A stretch of DNA of 64,000 bases, taken from positions 36,910 through 100,909 of the forward strand of contig CBDDDK010000001.1 of assembly GCA_965226625.1 (NCBI GenBank), written 5' to 3'. Both the position numbers and the translations under genes were made by a program. Below the pieces are notes generated by a model, which was not told the DNA's origin, searched no databases, and saw nothing but the letters and a program-made list of their open reading frames with translations. Shown piece after piece: positions 9,280-18,679 of the stretch (within the stretch, counting starts at the first letter, position 1; each line of letters begins with the position of its first letter). Source of the DNA: Longimicrobiales bacterium. Its GTDB lineage: Bacteria; Gemmatimonadota; Gemmatimonadetes; Longimicrobiales; Gaopeijiaceae.

Positions 9280-10422
9280 TCAACGCCCGCTGGGGTCTAC
9301 GACTTCCGCAGTCTTCGGATCGTTCCGGAACGGGTAGACCAACTGCCTGAGATACCCCTTCGGGAACCGCTCCTCCCCTAGCCCCATCGTCTTTGGCCAC
9401 TCGTCGCCGGGTAAGTGATAAGTGCCGAACAGCCTGTCGATGAGGGGGAAGTGGATGGCGAAGTTCTTGTCGTAGAGCTGGGGATCGTCGGAATGGTGCC
9501 AGTGGTGGTACTGCGGGGTGACCAACAGGTACTTGAGTGGTCCGAACGGGGTGCGGATGTTGGCATGGGCGGCGACGGCCTGCAGCGCGACAATCGCCAC
9601 ATACGCGTAGAACACCGGTACCGAGAAGCTCAGCACGTAGAGCGGGATGTAGGAGAACGCCCGCGTAACGAAGATGTCGACGAGGTGCAGTCGCGAGCCG
9701 GCGAGCCAGTCGACCGCACGAATCGAGTGGTGCACGGCGTGGAAGCGCCACAGGAGGCGGTTGGAATGGAAGGCTCGGTGAGCCACGTACTGGAAGATGT
9801 CGGCGACCAGCATGGCCAGGAACAGCTGCACGAGGAATGGCTAACTCGATACCGTCGACTGGGTTCCCGCCAGCCCCCAGCCCCCGAAGATCGACTCTGC
9901 CGGGGCTTTGACCGCCACAGCCGTGAACTGCACGAGCAAATGACCGACGGCAAAATACACGAGATCGGTTTTCCACTCGAGGTGGAACTTGGTCTGCTCG
10001 GCACGCTTGGGTAGAAAAAGTTCGAGCGGGATGAAGATCGCCGACAGAACCAGGATGTCGATCAACAGCCAGTCGAGGCTGATGGAGACGATGCTTTGGT
10101 TGAAGTCCTGGATCTCGACGGTGTTGCCGCCCAGAACGATGGCAAACGCGCTGATGACGACGCCGGCGAGCCCGAGCTTGGTCGTGCCGCTGAGGAGAAA
10201 GCTCGTGAGGGCAAAGCCGAAGGCGAGCACCAAGCCAGCGAGCAGCAACCAGCGCAGGACGTCTACGGAGTAGACAGCACGAAACTCTGGCGTCGTGAAG
10301 TACTCGGGAAAGTGGAAGCAGATCACCGCTCCCAATGAGATCAGCGCGAGGAAGATCGACAGATAGCCGCTGATCTTGCCCTCCCCTATGCGCAGCCTCT
10401 GAGGCTGAAGCCGCTCAGTCAT
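9280..10422 (-). pseudogene. Polytopic fatty-acid hydroxylase / sterol-desaturase-family protein with an in-frame TAG
   Basis: Track ORFs 9841..10677 (real start ATG 10422, MTERLQPQRL..., about 5 TM segments) and 9280..9831 are in the same frame, separated by TAG at 9841-9843 (...GTQSTVSS*PFLVQLFLAMLVADIFQYVAHRAFH). His boxes HRAFH, HAVHH and HHWHH lie in the downstream part. Confidence 0.6.
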
Positions 10423-11138
10423 CGTTGGAAGAAACGCACCACGAACTCGACCCGTGGAAAGAAGCGGAGGGCGTCGAGCAGGGGGTTCATCCAGCCGGTG
10501 GTCACGCAGAACCCGAGGCTGTGGTCGCGATGATGGCGCCGGTGGCGCTCGGGCATGAGGATGAGGCCGCTGCGTTGGAGCCAGCGCACGGCTACTGGCG
10601 GCTTCGGCGCATGCGCCCACTTGTGGAAGAGATTGGTCCCGAATGATCCCGTGGCCAGACCCAGGAGGCAGCAGCACCAGAACAGCGCGGCGGCGCCCCC
10701 CTGCAGAGGCGCCCCCAGCCAGTACGCCACCGCAAGCGGTGGTAGCATGAGTAGGAAGCTCACCGTGTCCTGCTCAATGAATTGATAGCGGGTGATGCGC
10801 TGCGGGTGCAGGTGGTGATCGCGGAAAGGTCGGATGACGAGCTGGCCGATAAGGGGCGCGTCCTCTTCAAAGAACGTGTCACAAAACCAATGCGCGGTGC
10901 CAGAGAGCAGGTCGGCGAAGACGTAACCGAGCAGGAAGGCAGGGAACACGAGCCAAGCGGAGGCACCCGCGGCGAGGGCGATCACGATGCGGGCGAGGAG
11001 GGTTAGGAGGAGCGCGCTCGATGCGGCAACCCCGGTGATCTTGAATGCCGTGAGCGCCGCAGGCTGAGGGGGCACCGTCCAGACCACCTTCGAGGACTCG
11101 AGTCGCTGGGTGGTCGTCGAAGACTCTCCTTCACTCAT
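10419..11138 (-). CDS. carF: CarF / PEDS1 (TMEM189)-family lipid desaturase (plasmanylethanolamine desaturase-like)
   Basis: Motifs IRPFRDHHLHPQRITRYQFIE, LFHKWAH, LMPERHRRHH and FCVTTGWMN match the family His-motifs as I recall them from human PEDS1. Start ATG 11138 (MSEGESS...). Its stop overlaps the start of the next gene (ATGA). Confidence 0.8.
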   Translation of the reverse strand: MSEGESSTTTQRLESSKVVWTVPPQPAALTAFKITGVAASSALLLTLLARIVIALAAGASAWLVFPAFLLGYVFADLLSGTAHWFCDTFFEEDAPLIGQLVIRPFRDHHLHPQRITRYQFIEQDTVSFLLMLPPLAVAYWLGAPLQGGAAALFWCCCLLGLATGSFGTNLFHKWAHAPKPPVAVRWLQRSGLILMPERHRRHHRDHSLGFCVTTGWMNPLLDALRFFPRVEFVVRFFQR

Positions 11139-11202
11139 GCACTCAACATGCGGCTCACATCCGCAGACCGCTAGCAGATCCTGCCGCCATAACACCTCAG
11201 TT

Positions 11203-12570
11203 CTAGAGCGACCGACCAAGCTCGAGCAACGTCTTCACACGGGCGCGCTCGACTTTTCCGTTCGCGTTGACCGGCAGCTCGTTCTCGACCCACCAGAGTC
11301 GAGGGCGCTTCGCGGCACTCAGCAGCTCGCGCAAAGATTCGTCGACGGCATCGAGGTCGAACTCGCCCTCTGCGGGCACAACACACGCACCGACCACTTC
11401 GCCCCACTCGGCGTCGCTTACCCCGACCACGCACGCGTCCGCGACGGCAGGATGCGCACGCAGCGCCTGCTCGACCTCGACCGCGTCGACCGTGACGCCG
11501 CCAGAGACGATGCGGTCGATCCGGCGGCCCGTAACCCACACGTCTCCCACATCGTCGACGTGACCGAGGTCACCTGTGTGGTACCAGCCGTCAGTGTCGG
11601 CAATGGCTTCATCAGAGCCGACATAGCCGATGGCTCGGGTTCTGCCGCGCACGAGGATCTCCCCCCGCTCGTCAATCTTCAGCTCCACACCCTCGAGCGG
11701 CTTGCCCAAGGCGCCCGGCTTCGACCGCACGTGAGCCGGGGGCGCAGTCGCCACCTGGGAGGTCATCTCAGTCATGCCGTATGTCAGAGAGATGGGCCAA
11801 CCCGCTTCGAGTGCCCTGGTCACCAGGTCGGCGGGCGCACGTGCTCCACCGATGAGCGCGCACCGAAACGAAGGCGGCGGTCCCTCGGCTCGATGGTCGA
11901 GAAGCCGAAGAAGCTGAGTGGGAACCAGCGACGCATGGGTGACGGCGCGAAGCAAGCCACCGGAAGGACGCTTATCGTTGGAAGGCAGCAGGCCGTCGAT
12001 GAGATGCGAAGTGACCGCGACGTCGAACGCGCCCGCAGCGAACACGGCAGCTCCGGTCATGAGCGCCCTCGCAACCAACGAGAGCCCCCCCACGTGAGCG
12101 ATCGAGAGTGAGGCCAGCCACACGTCGTCGGCACTCGAGCCGAGCCGATCGCCGACGGCCGTGGTGTTGGCACGCAGGTTGTCGAACGAGAGTGCCACAC
12201 CGCGCGGCATCCCGGCAGTCCCGGAGGTCCACAGGATGACCTGCGCTCCCGTTGCCACCCCCTCCAGGACCGTGCGCGCACCGTCGGTCTCCACACGGGT
12301 CAGCTTCGGGTTGAGCGGGGCGACCGTCGCACCGCACCGCCAAGTCGCCAACAGCGTGATGATCCCGTCCACATCGTTGCTCGCAACCGTGGGCCGTACG
12401 GCCTTCGCATCGACACCCTCGGCCGCCAGGGCTCGAGCGCGTTCGTCGACGGAGCGGTTCAACTCCTCGTAGGTCCACGAGCCTCCAGGCCACAGCAACG
12501 CGACCCGCGCTGGGTCCACCCTTGGCCCGCCATTCCCGGCGAGCGCCCACTCGAGCAGATCGACGACCAT
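11203..12570 (-). CDS. menE: O-succinylbenzoate-CoA ligase (AMP-dependent synthetase)
   Basis: 455 aa. AMP-binding motifs ILWTSGTAGMPRGV, YGMTE, GWYHTGD and NGKVER. Last gene of the men operon, with a one-nt TGATG overlap with menA. Confidence 0.8.
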   Translation of the reverse strand: MVVDLLEWALAGNGGPRVDPARVALLWPGGSWTYEELNRSVDERARALAAEGVDAKAVRPTVASNDVDGIITLLATWRCGATVAPLNPKLTRVETDGARTVLEGVATGAQVILWTSGTAGMPRGVALSFDNLRANTTAVGDRLGSSADDVWLASLSIAHVGGLSLVARALMTGAAVFAAGAFDVAVTSHLIDGLLPSNDKRPSGGLLRAVTHASLVPTQLLRLLDHRAEGPPPSFRCALIGGARAPADLVTRALEAGWPISLTYGMTEMTSQVATAPPAHVRSKPGALGKPLEGVELKIDERGEILVRGRTRAIGYVGSDEAIADTDGWYHTGDLGHVDDVGDVWVTGRRIDRIVSGGVTVDAVEVEQALRAHPAVADACVVGVSDAEWGEVVGACVVPAEGEFDLDAVDESLRELLSAAKRPRLWWVENELPVNANGKVERARVKTLLELGRSL

Positions 12571-13478
12571 CAGCCGACAGCGAGTCCGAGCCCGAGCAGT
12601 ACGCCGTAGACACCGACGACGCGGGCTGTCTCGCCCAGCGCCGGCAACAGTTCCACCGGGTCGGCATGCGTCAGGACGCGTCGCACGGGCGCGAGGCAGA
12701 GCGGAGCGACCAGCAGCGCGGCGAGCGAAGCCGCGGGCCAGCCGTACACGCGCCAGCCGACGACCGGAACGATGAACGCGACGAGCAGCATCATGAGGTA
12801 CTCGGCCTGCGAGCCGCGCGTGCCGAGCCGCACCGCGAGCGTGCGCTTGCCCGCTTTCGCGTCGGTCTCGATGTCACGCAGGTTGTTCGCCACTAGGATT
12901 GCGGTGTTCAGCGCGCCCAACGACGTACCCGCGAGAAGAACATCCGGCGGCCACGACAGGCCCTGTACGTAGTAGGTCCCGCTGACCGCGACGAGTCCGA
13001 AGAAGACGAAGACGAAGACATCGCCGAGCCCGTGGTACGCGAGCGGAATCGGTCCACCGGTGTACAGCACTGCGCACGCTAGTGAGGACAGTCCGATCCA
13101 CACGATCGGCCAGCCGCCCACCCAGACCAGGTACGTGCCGACGAGCATGGCCGCACCGAGCACGGTCCACATGCCGCGTTTCACGGTCTCCGGTGCGAGA
13201 ATTCCGGCCTGAGTGACCCTCGGCGGCCCGACACGATCCGTGGTATCCCCTCCGCGCACGAAATCATAATAGTCGTTCGCGAAGTTGGTCCCGACCTGGA
13301 TCAGAGTCGCGCCGACCAGCGCGGCGAACGCCGGAAAGGGGGCGAGCACACCGTCGTGAGTGGCCAAGGCAGTCCCGACCAGCACGGGGGCCAGCGCCGC
13401 TGTCAGGGTCTTCGGGCGAGCCGCCAGCAACCAGGCCTGCGCCCTGGTGACCTCGGGGACGGCTACCAGGGCAACCAC
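12570..13478 (-). CDS. menA: 1,4-dihydroxy-2-naphthoate polyprenyltransferase (UbiA family)
   Basis: 302-aa polytopic protein with UbiA-type motifs ([23 protein letters not shown]). Sits in men context. Confidence 0.85.
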   Translation of the reverse strand: MVALVAVPEVTRAQAWLLAARPKTLTAALAPVLVGTALATHDGVLAPFPAFAALVGATLIQVGTNFANDYYDFVRGGDTTDRVGPPRVTQAGILAPETVKRGMWTVLGAAMLVGTYLVWVGGWPIVWIGLSSLACAVLYTGGPIPLAYHGLGDVFVFVFFGLVAVSGTYYVQGLSWPPDVLLAGTSLGALNTAILVANNLRDIETDAKAGKRTLAVRLGTRGSQAEYLMMLLVAFIVPVVGWRVYGWPAASLAALLVAPLCLAPVRRVLTHADPVELLPALGETARVVGVYGVLLGLGLAVG

Positions 13479-14302
13479 GGATATTTCCGGAACTCAGGCT
13501 TTCGCTTCTCCAGGTATGCCCGCTGTCCTTCCTGTCCCTGCTCGGTCATGTAGAAGAGCAGCGTCGCGTTGCCGGCAAGCTCTTGAAGCCCAGCCTGGCC
13601 GTCGAGATCGGCGTTGAAGGCGCTCTTGAGCAGGCGAATCGCCAGCGGACTCTTCTCAAGAATCTCCTGCGCCCACGCCCAGCCCTCGTCCTCGAGCTGT
13701 TCGAGCGGCACCACCTTGTTCACCATGCCCATCTCGTGCGCCTCCGCAGCCGAGTACTGGTGGCAGAGATACCAGATCTCGCGGGCTCGTTTCTGGCCCA
13801 CCATGCGTGCGAGAAATGAGGAGCCGAAGCCCCCGTCGAACGAGCCGACGATTGGTCCGGTCTGGCCGAATACCGCGTTGTCCGCAGCCAGTGTCAGGTC
13901 GCATACGACGTGTAGCACGTGGCCTCCTCCGATCGCGTAGCCGGCAACGAGCGCGATCACCGGCTTAGGCATCGAGCGCATATAGCGCTGCAGCTCCAGC
14001 ACGTTGAGACGTGGCACTCCGCTCTTATCGACGTATCCGCCTTCCCCACGAACGCTCTGGTCGCCGCCTGCGCAGAACGCCCACTTGCCGTCCTTCGACG
14101 GCCCGTTGCCCGTCATCAGCACGACCCCAATGTGGGGGTCCTCGCCAGCGTCTCGAAACGCCTCCTGCATCTCGAGCAGCGTATCCGGGCGAAACGCATT
14201 GCGCACCTCTGGCCGGTTGAACGCGATGCGCGCAACACCGTCACACTTGTGGTAGGTGATGTCGTCGTACTGCTTGACCTCTTTCCAGTCGGGCTTGCTC
14301 AT
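13463..14302 (-). CDS. menB: 1,4-dihydroxy-2-naphthoyl-CoA synthase
   Basis: From ATG 14302: [39 protein letters not shown]...GGDQSVRG...[18 protein letters not shown]... Crotonase fold with the MenB C-terminus [19 protein letters not shown] overlap with the menD stop. Confidence 0.9.
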   Translation of the reverse strand: MSKPDWKEVKQYDDITYHKCDGVARIAFNRPEVRNAFRPDTLLEMQEAFRDAGEDPHIGVVLMTGNGPSKDGKWAFCAGGDQSVRGEGGYVDKSGVPRLNVLELQRYMRSMPKPVIALVAGYAIGGGHVLHVVCDLTLAADNAVFGQTGPIVGSFDGGFGSSFLARMVGQKRAREIWYLCHQYSAAEAHEMGMVNKVVPLEQLEDEGWAWAQEILEKSPLAIRLLKSAFNADLDGQAGLQELAGNATLLFYMTEQGQEGQRAYLEKRKPEFRKYPWLPW

Positions 14303-16080
14303 GGACGGCGTGGTGTCAGGGGTAAGGTGAACGCCTCGCGGACGGCGTCGGTCACCGCGTCGGAGACTTCCCGATGCCGCCGTACATTCGTCTCGCGGTC
14401 CGTCCGTACCCGCACGATACACGTGCGGCCCGATTCGAGCGCAACCGTGAGCGCCGTGTCGAGCTCGTCAATCTCTTCGTCGGAGAAGGCTATGTCGTAC
14501 ATCTCGGCGACGTGACGGAAGTCCAGGCCGTGAGGCGTAGCAAAGTACTTCGTAAACGCCGGCTCGTGCTCGGCGATTGGGAGCATGTGGAAGATCCCAC
14601 CCCCGTCGTTGTCGATCAGGACGAACACGACCGGCGCATCGGGCTCACGACTCCAGAGCAGGCCGTTCAGGTCGTGGAACAAGGCGACGTCACCAATCAC
14701 GCACACAGTCGGCTGCCCGGTCGCCGCTGCGACACCGAATGCTGTCGAGACGATTCCATCGATGCCGCTCGCTCCGCGGTTGCCGAAGACGCGCACGGTC
14801 TCGTCGCGAAGAACGCCGAATGCGTCGAGGTCGCGAATGGGCATCGAGCTCGATACGAAGAGGTTGGCTCCCTCGGGGACGGCGGCCAACACTGTCGCAA
14901 GCACGTCTCCCTCGTGCGGCTCGCCTCGCTCCGACTGGAGCGCTACCCGGACCGCCGACTCCGCCGACAACCACAGCTTACGCCACTCGTCACCGGCGCT
15001 GGCGCCTGCGCGCGCGGCCAACGCGGCAAGCGTATCGGCCGCATCGGCACGCACGTAGTCGGTCGCAGTGGCGCCGTGGTCCTTCCAGCGCCCTCCTCCG
15101 TCGATCACGATGTGCCGCACGCCGTCGTTGTGGAACAGCCAAGCCTGGAGCGCCGTGGAGGTGGGCGACGCACCCACGCGCAGCACAAGAGCTGGAGCGA
15201 GTGCCGCGTACACATCGGGGTCCCGCAAGAGCAGATCGTAGCCGTCGACAACGTGCGCCCCGCTCGACGGAGCAAATCGGGCCCCGGAAAGCGGGTCCGC
15301 CAAGAGAGGGAAGCCGGTCGCGGCTGCGAGGCGCAGCACGGCCTCACCGCTCTTCACCGGATCCGAACTCGGCCCGGCCACGATCACACCACGAGGTGTG
15401 TCCAACGCGCCGAGCAATGTGTCCAGTGCCTCGGAGGACGCCTGTCGCCGACCCGCTTCGACCTGCACGAACGCATCCCCACCAGACCTTCCAGCCTCCG
15501 CCAAAGAGTTCTTCTCGAGAAAGTCCCGATGCCCCTCGATCGGCTCGAACGGCCTATCGAGCGGGAAGTTCAGGTGCACGGGCCCCGGCGCGGCGCCCCT
15601 CGCGGCCGCGACCGCACGCACCGCGAGAGTACGGAGATGGCGTAGCGCGGCATCCTCCACGGAGGGCGGCGCGACCTCGAAGAAAGCCCTTGGGTACGGA
15701 CCGAACAGCCTCAGTTGGTCGATCGCCTGGTTCGCGTCCGAGTCGCGCAGGTGGTGCGGCCGATCTGCTGTGAGCACAAGCAGCGGCGCTTCGCTATGGG
15801 AGGCCTCGATTACTGCGGGAAAAGCGTTCGCCGTCGCGGTGCCCGAGGTCGTCACAAGCACGGCGGGCAGCCCCGAAGCCTTGCCGATGCCGAGCGCGAA
15901 GAAGGCGGCTGATCGCTCGTCGAGATGGACCCGCACGCTGAAGCGGTCGTCTGCGTCGAACGCCAGCACCAACGGCGTGGAACGCGAGCCCGGTGCTACC
16001 ACGACTTCGCGTACGCCCGCACGCGCCAACTCGTCACAGAAGGCACTAATCCAGAGGGTGGTGTCGGCGCCGCTACTCAT
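14299..16080 (-). CDS. menD: SEPHCHC synthase (2-succinyl-5-enolpyruvyl-6-hydroxy-3-cyclohexene-1-carboxylate synthase), ThDP enzyme
   Basis: From ATG 16080: [41 protein letters not shown]...[17 protein letters not shown]...[12 protein letters not shown]. The track ORF extends spuriously to 16401. Overlaps the menF end by 8 nt. Confidence 0.9.
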   Translation of the reverse strand: MSSGADTTLWISAFCDELARAGVREVVVAPGSRSTPLVLAFDADDRFSVRVHLDERSAAFFALGIGKASGLPAVLVTTSGTATANAFPAVIEASHSEAPLLVLTADRPHHLRDSDANQAIDQLRLFGPYPRAFFEVAPPSVEDAALRHLRTLAVRAVAAARGAAPGPVHLNFPLDRPFEPIEGHRDFLEKNSLAEAGRSGGDAFVQVEAGRRQASSEALDTLLGALDTPRGVIVAGPSSDPVKSGEAVLRLAAATGFPLLADPLSGARFAPSSGAHVVDGYDLLLRDPDVYAALAPALVLRVGASPTSTALQAWLFHNDGVRHIVIDGGGRWKDHGATATDYVRADAADTLAALAARAGASAGDEWRKLWLSAESAVRVALQSERGEPHEGDVLATVLAAVPEGANLFVSSSMPIRDLDAFGVLRDETVRVFGNRGASGIDGIVSTAFGVAAATGQPTVCVIGDVALFHDLNGLLWSREPDAPVVFVLIDNDGGGIFHMLPIAEHEPAFTKYFATPHGLDFRHVAEMYDIAFSDEEIDELDTALTVALESGRTCIVRVRTDRETNVRRHREVSDAVTDAVREAFTLPLTPRRP

Positions 16081-17491
16081 GACCGGTGCCGGGCACCTCC
16101 ACGGCGGACTCGGTGCCTCTGTTCCGACCCAACTCGGCTCCGGTCGACTCGAGCGCGCCGAGCATCGGCTCGAACTTGATGACGGTCTCCTCCCACTCGA
16201 GGGCGGGGACCGATCCCTCGACGATACCCGCCCCTGCGAAGAGACGCCAACCACGCCCTGCCGAGACGCCCGACCGGAGCGCTGGGGCGAAAATTCCGTT
16301 CCCCTCCGCGTCGAACCAACCGACGGGTCCCGAATACCACCCACGGTCGAACGCCTCCTGGTCTGCCAGAAGATCCATTGCGGCATCACGAGGCAGGCCA
16401 CACACCGCGGGGGTGGGGTGCAGAAGCCGAAGTAGGTCCAGGACCCCGACGGTCGCCGGCACGCTCGCGCGGATCTCGGTCTCGAGATGCTGGATGCGGG
16501 CCAACGTCAGCACATGGGGCTGTGGGTCGGCGCGGATCTGATGGCCAACCGTCTCGAGCCGCGCGATCATGTCATCCAGGGAGATGCGCTGTTCAACCCG
16601 GTCCTTTTCGCTCGCCAGGAGTTGAGTCGCCAATTCCGCCTGCTCGCGTGGAGTCGAACCACATCGGATCGAGCCGGCAACGGCGGTCGCGTGGAAGACC
16701 CCGTCCCTTAGCGTCGCGACGGTCTCCGGGGCCGCACCCACCAGCGCCGACTTCGGCTCCGGCTCGAACATGAAGACGTGGCTTCCGCGGTTGGAATCCC
16801 ATAGACGCGACACGACATCGACCGGATCGATCGCATCGTCGAGATCGACGTCCAGAGTACGCGCAAGCACGACCTTCGAGACACGCCCCTCGCGGATCGC
16901 GTCGAGCGATTCTTCGACCGCGCGCTTCCAATCGCCGCAGTCAGTCATGGTACGCCGGCCAGGCACCGAGCTCGGCGTGCGCGCCCGCGTATCCGTGAAC
17001 GTGGTCAGCTCGGCGCGTAGCGCCTCCGCGCGGTGACGGAGCCGCACAAGGACATCGCCCGACTCTTCATACGAGACGAACGCACGCGCGCGCAGCCAGG
17101 CATCGCCCGATCCGTCGCCCTCGAGCTCGAAGGCCGGCACCTGGAACAGCCAAGCTGGAAACGCCTGCCAGACCCCTTCCTGGCAGTGGTCTGCTCGAAA
17201 CGAAAAACCCCCATAGAAGCGGATCCGAGGTGCCCTCGCCGCCCCGGGCGGGAGAAGCGGGTCCGACGCGACCTCGTGCGCCAACGCGGCGACCAGCCCG
17301 TAGCGGTCCGTACCCGTCCGGGCATCGGGTCTGAGCTCGGCAACCACCCCCCGATGCGCCACCCACCGATCACCGCGCGCCCAAAACCCGCGGGCCTCTC
17401 CCGACGCGTGCTGGAGAAAGTGGTCAGGACGCAGATCCGGCGCGGGAATCGTCACGGTGGCGAGGCGACGGGCGCCAAGCGTTCGCTTCAA
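16073..17491 (-). CDS. menF: Isochorismate synthase
   Basis: 472 aa with chorismate-binding C-terminal motifs (LHPTPAVCGLPRD, RGWYSGPVGW, AGAGIVEGS). First gene of the men operon. Confidence 0.85.
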   Translation of the reverse strand: MKRTLGARRLATVTIPAPDLRPDHFLQHASGEARGFWARGDRWVAHRGVVAELRPDARTGTDRYGLVAALAHEVASDPLLPPGAARAPRIRFYGGFSFRADHCQEGVWQAFPAWLFQVPAFELEGDGSGDAWLRARAFVSYEESGDVLVRLRHRAEALRAELTTFTDTRARTPSSVPGRRTMTDCGDWKRAVEESLDAIREGRVSKVVLARTLDVDLDDAIDPVDVVSRLWDSNRGSHVFMFEPEPKSALVGAAPETVATLRDGVFHATAVAGSIRCGSTPREQAELATQLLASEKDRVEQRISLDDMIARLETVGHQIRADPQPHVLTLARIQHLETEIRASVPATVGVLDLLRLLHPTPAVCGLPRDAAMDLLADQEAFDRGWYSGPVGWFDAEGNGIFAPALRSGVSAGRGWRLFAGAGIVEGSVPALEWEETVIKFEPMLGALESTGAELGRNRGTESAVEVPGTGHE

Positions 17492-17523
17492 CGGGGCTCC
17501 AAGGCGAGCGGACTCAACAGTTT

Positions 17524-17561
17524 GTAGACTGAGCCCGTAATAGTAGACCTAGCCCGCAATA
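17524..17561 (-). promoter_or_regulatory. Tandem imperfect 19-bp direct repeat 33-70 nt upstream of menF
   Basis: gtagactgagcccgtaata / gtagacctagcccgcaata, 16 of 19 identical, head to tail, in the 149-nt intergenic region upstream of the men operon. Confidence 0.35.
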
Positions 17562-17639
17562 TAGGGGCGCGCCGGCCAGGATGAAGGCCGATCCACGATC
17601 CGAGCACGCCTGCGGTTGCCTCTTCCGGTAGTCCAGCTA

Positions 17640-18131
17640 CTAGAAAATCGGTTGCACGGCTTCGGTCACGATGAAGCCGAGCTCTTCGTCTATTGTGTTC
17701 TGGGAATAGTCGATCCAGAAGTCGATCGGGACGCCGAGTTGGGGGTCGTAGGTGACACGAATCTCGTGCGCGTCCTCAGCGAACGCTTCTAGCAGGACGG
17801 CGAAGAGCCCATCGACCGAGGGAAACCAACCCACGGCCGCAGCGTTGACCGGCCGGCCGTCGCCATAGAGCTGCGAGGCGACGGTCTCCCCATCGACCGT
17901 CACGCGCACCGGCCCTCGAGCGTCCTCCCCACAGAAGCATTGGCGCTGGATAGTGTACACGTATCGGAGGGGGCGCTGGGACCGCCACAACTCCTGGGCC
18001 TCTTCGAGCTCATCGACTGGACCCTTCGGGCCCAAGTCGGAACAAGCCGCCGACGCAGCGATCGCGGCTACAACGAGCACGGCCTGCCGGCACCTGGTGG
18101 CGAGGGGAAGCCTCGCGACACGCCTGCTCAC
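17640..18131 (-). CDS. Putative lipoprotein (small secreted domain, two Cys)
   Basis: A GTG start at 18131 gives VSRRVARLPLATRCRQAVLVVAAIAASAAC|SD (lipobox). GTGA overlap with the upstream gene's stop. The rest of the track ORF upstream of this is Arg-rich artefact. Confidence 0.55.
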   Translation of the reverse strand: MSRRVARLPLATRCRQAVLVVAAIAASAACSDLGPKGPVDELEEAQELWRSQRPLRYVYTIQRQCFCGEDARGPVRVTVDGETVASQLYGDGRPVNAAAVGWFPSVDGLFAVLLEAFAEDAHEIRVTYDPQLGVPIDFWIDYSQNTIDEELGFIVTEAVQPIF

Positions 18132-18535
18132 GAAGCCCTCTCGAATCTGTAGACGAACCCGTCGCAGCAGCCATCGCTCAAGATCAGCTCGTCCTGCGTC
18201 ACGCTCAGCCCCTGTGACGCGAATCCGAAGATCCCCTGGGCATATTCGATGGTCGTCGTCGCACCGCCGTCCGACGACTGAAGCTGGTACGTCGTGGCAC
18301 CCTCCAGAGCACGATTGCGGGTCAACTCGACCGAACCGGCCCCGAGGAACCGCAGGCTCATCGTCTCGCCAGTCGACGTGGGGGTCCGGGTCTCCCCGGC
18401 GATACCACCGCTCGATTCTACCCACGTCCAGTCGCCCTCCAACAATTCCTGCGTGGGCGGAGCGATCGGGTCATTGCAACCCATCGGGCCGGCCACCGCC
18501 AAGATGCCCAGCATCTTCCACACGGTGTTGCGCAC
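18128..18535 (-). CDS. Putative lipoprotein
   Basis: VRNTVWKMLGILAVAGPMGC|ND lipobox. The start is uncertain (GTG 18535 or ATG 18514). Co-directional with, and coupled to, the downstream lipoprotein gene. Confidence 0.5.
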   Translation of the reverse strand: MRNTVWKMLGILAVAGPMGCNDPIAPPTQELLEGDWTWVESSGGIAGETRTPTSTGETMSLRFLGAGSVELTRNRALEGATTYQLQSSDGGATTTIEYAQGIFGFASQGLSVTQDELILSDGCCDGFVYRFERAS

Positions 18536-18679
18536 GCCACCTCCCCTCGTGGTTTCCGTTGCCACCTTAGATAACGAATGAGCGGGCACGGAAGTGACAG
18601 CACGTCGATGTCCACACCCCCAGGCGCGCCACCACAGGGGTTTCGCCCGGCGCTACTCCTGGCCCATCTTGCTGGTACG

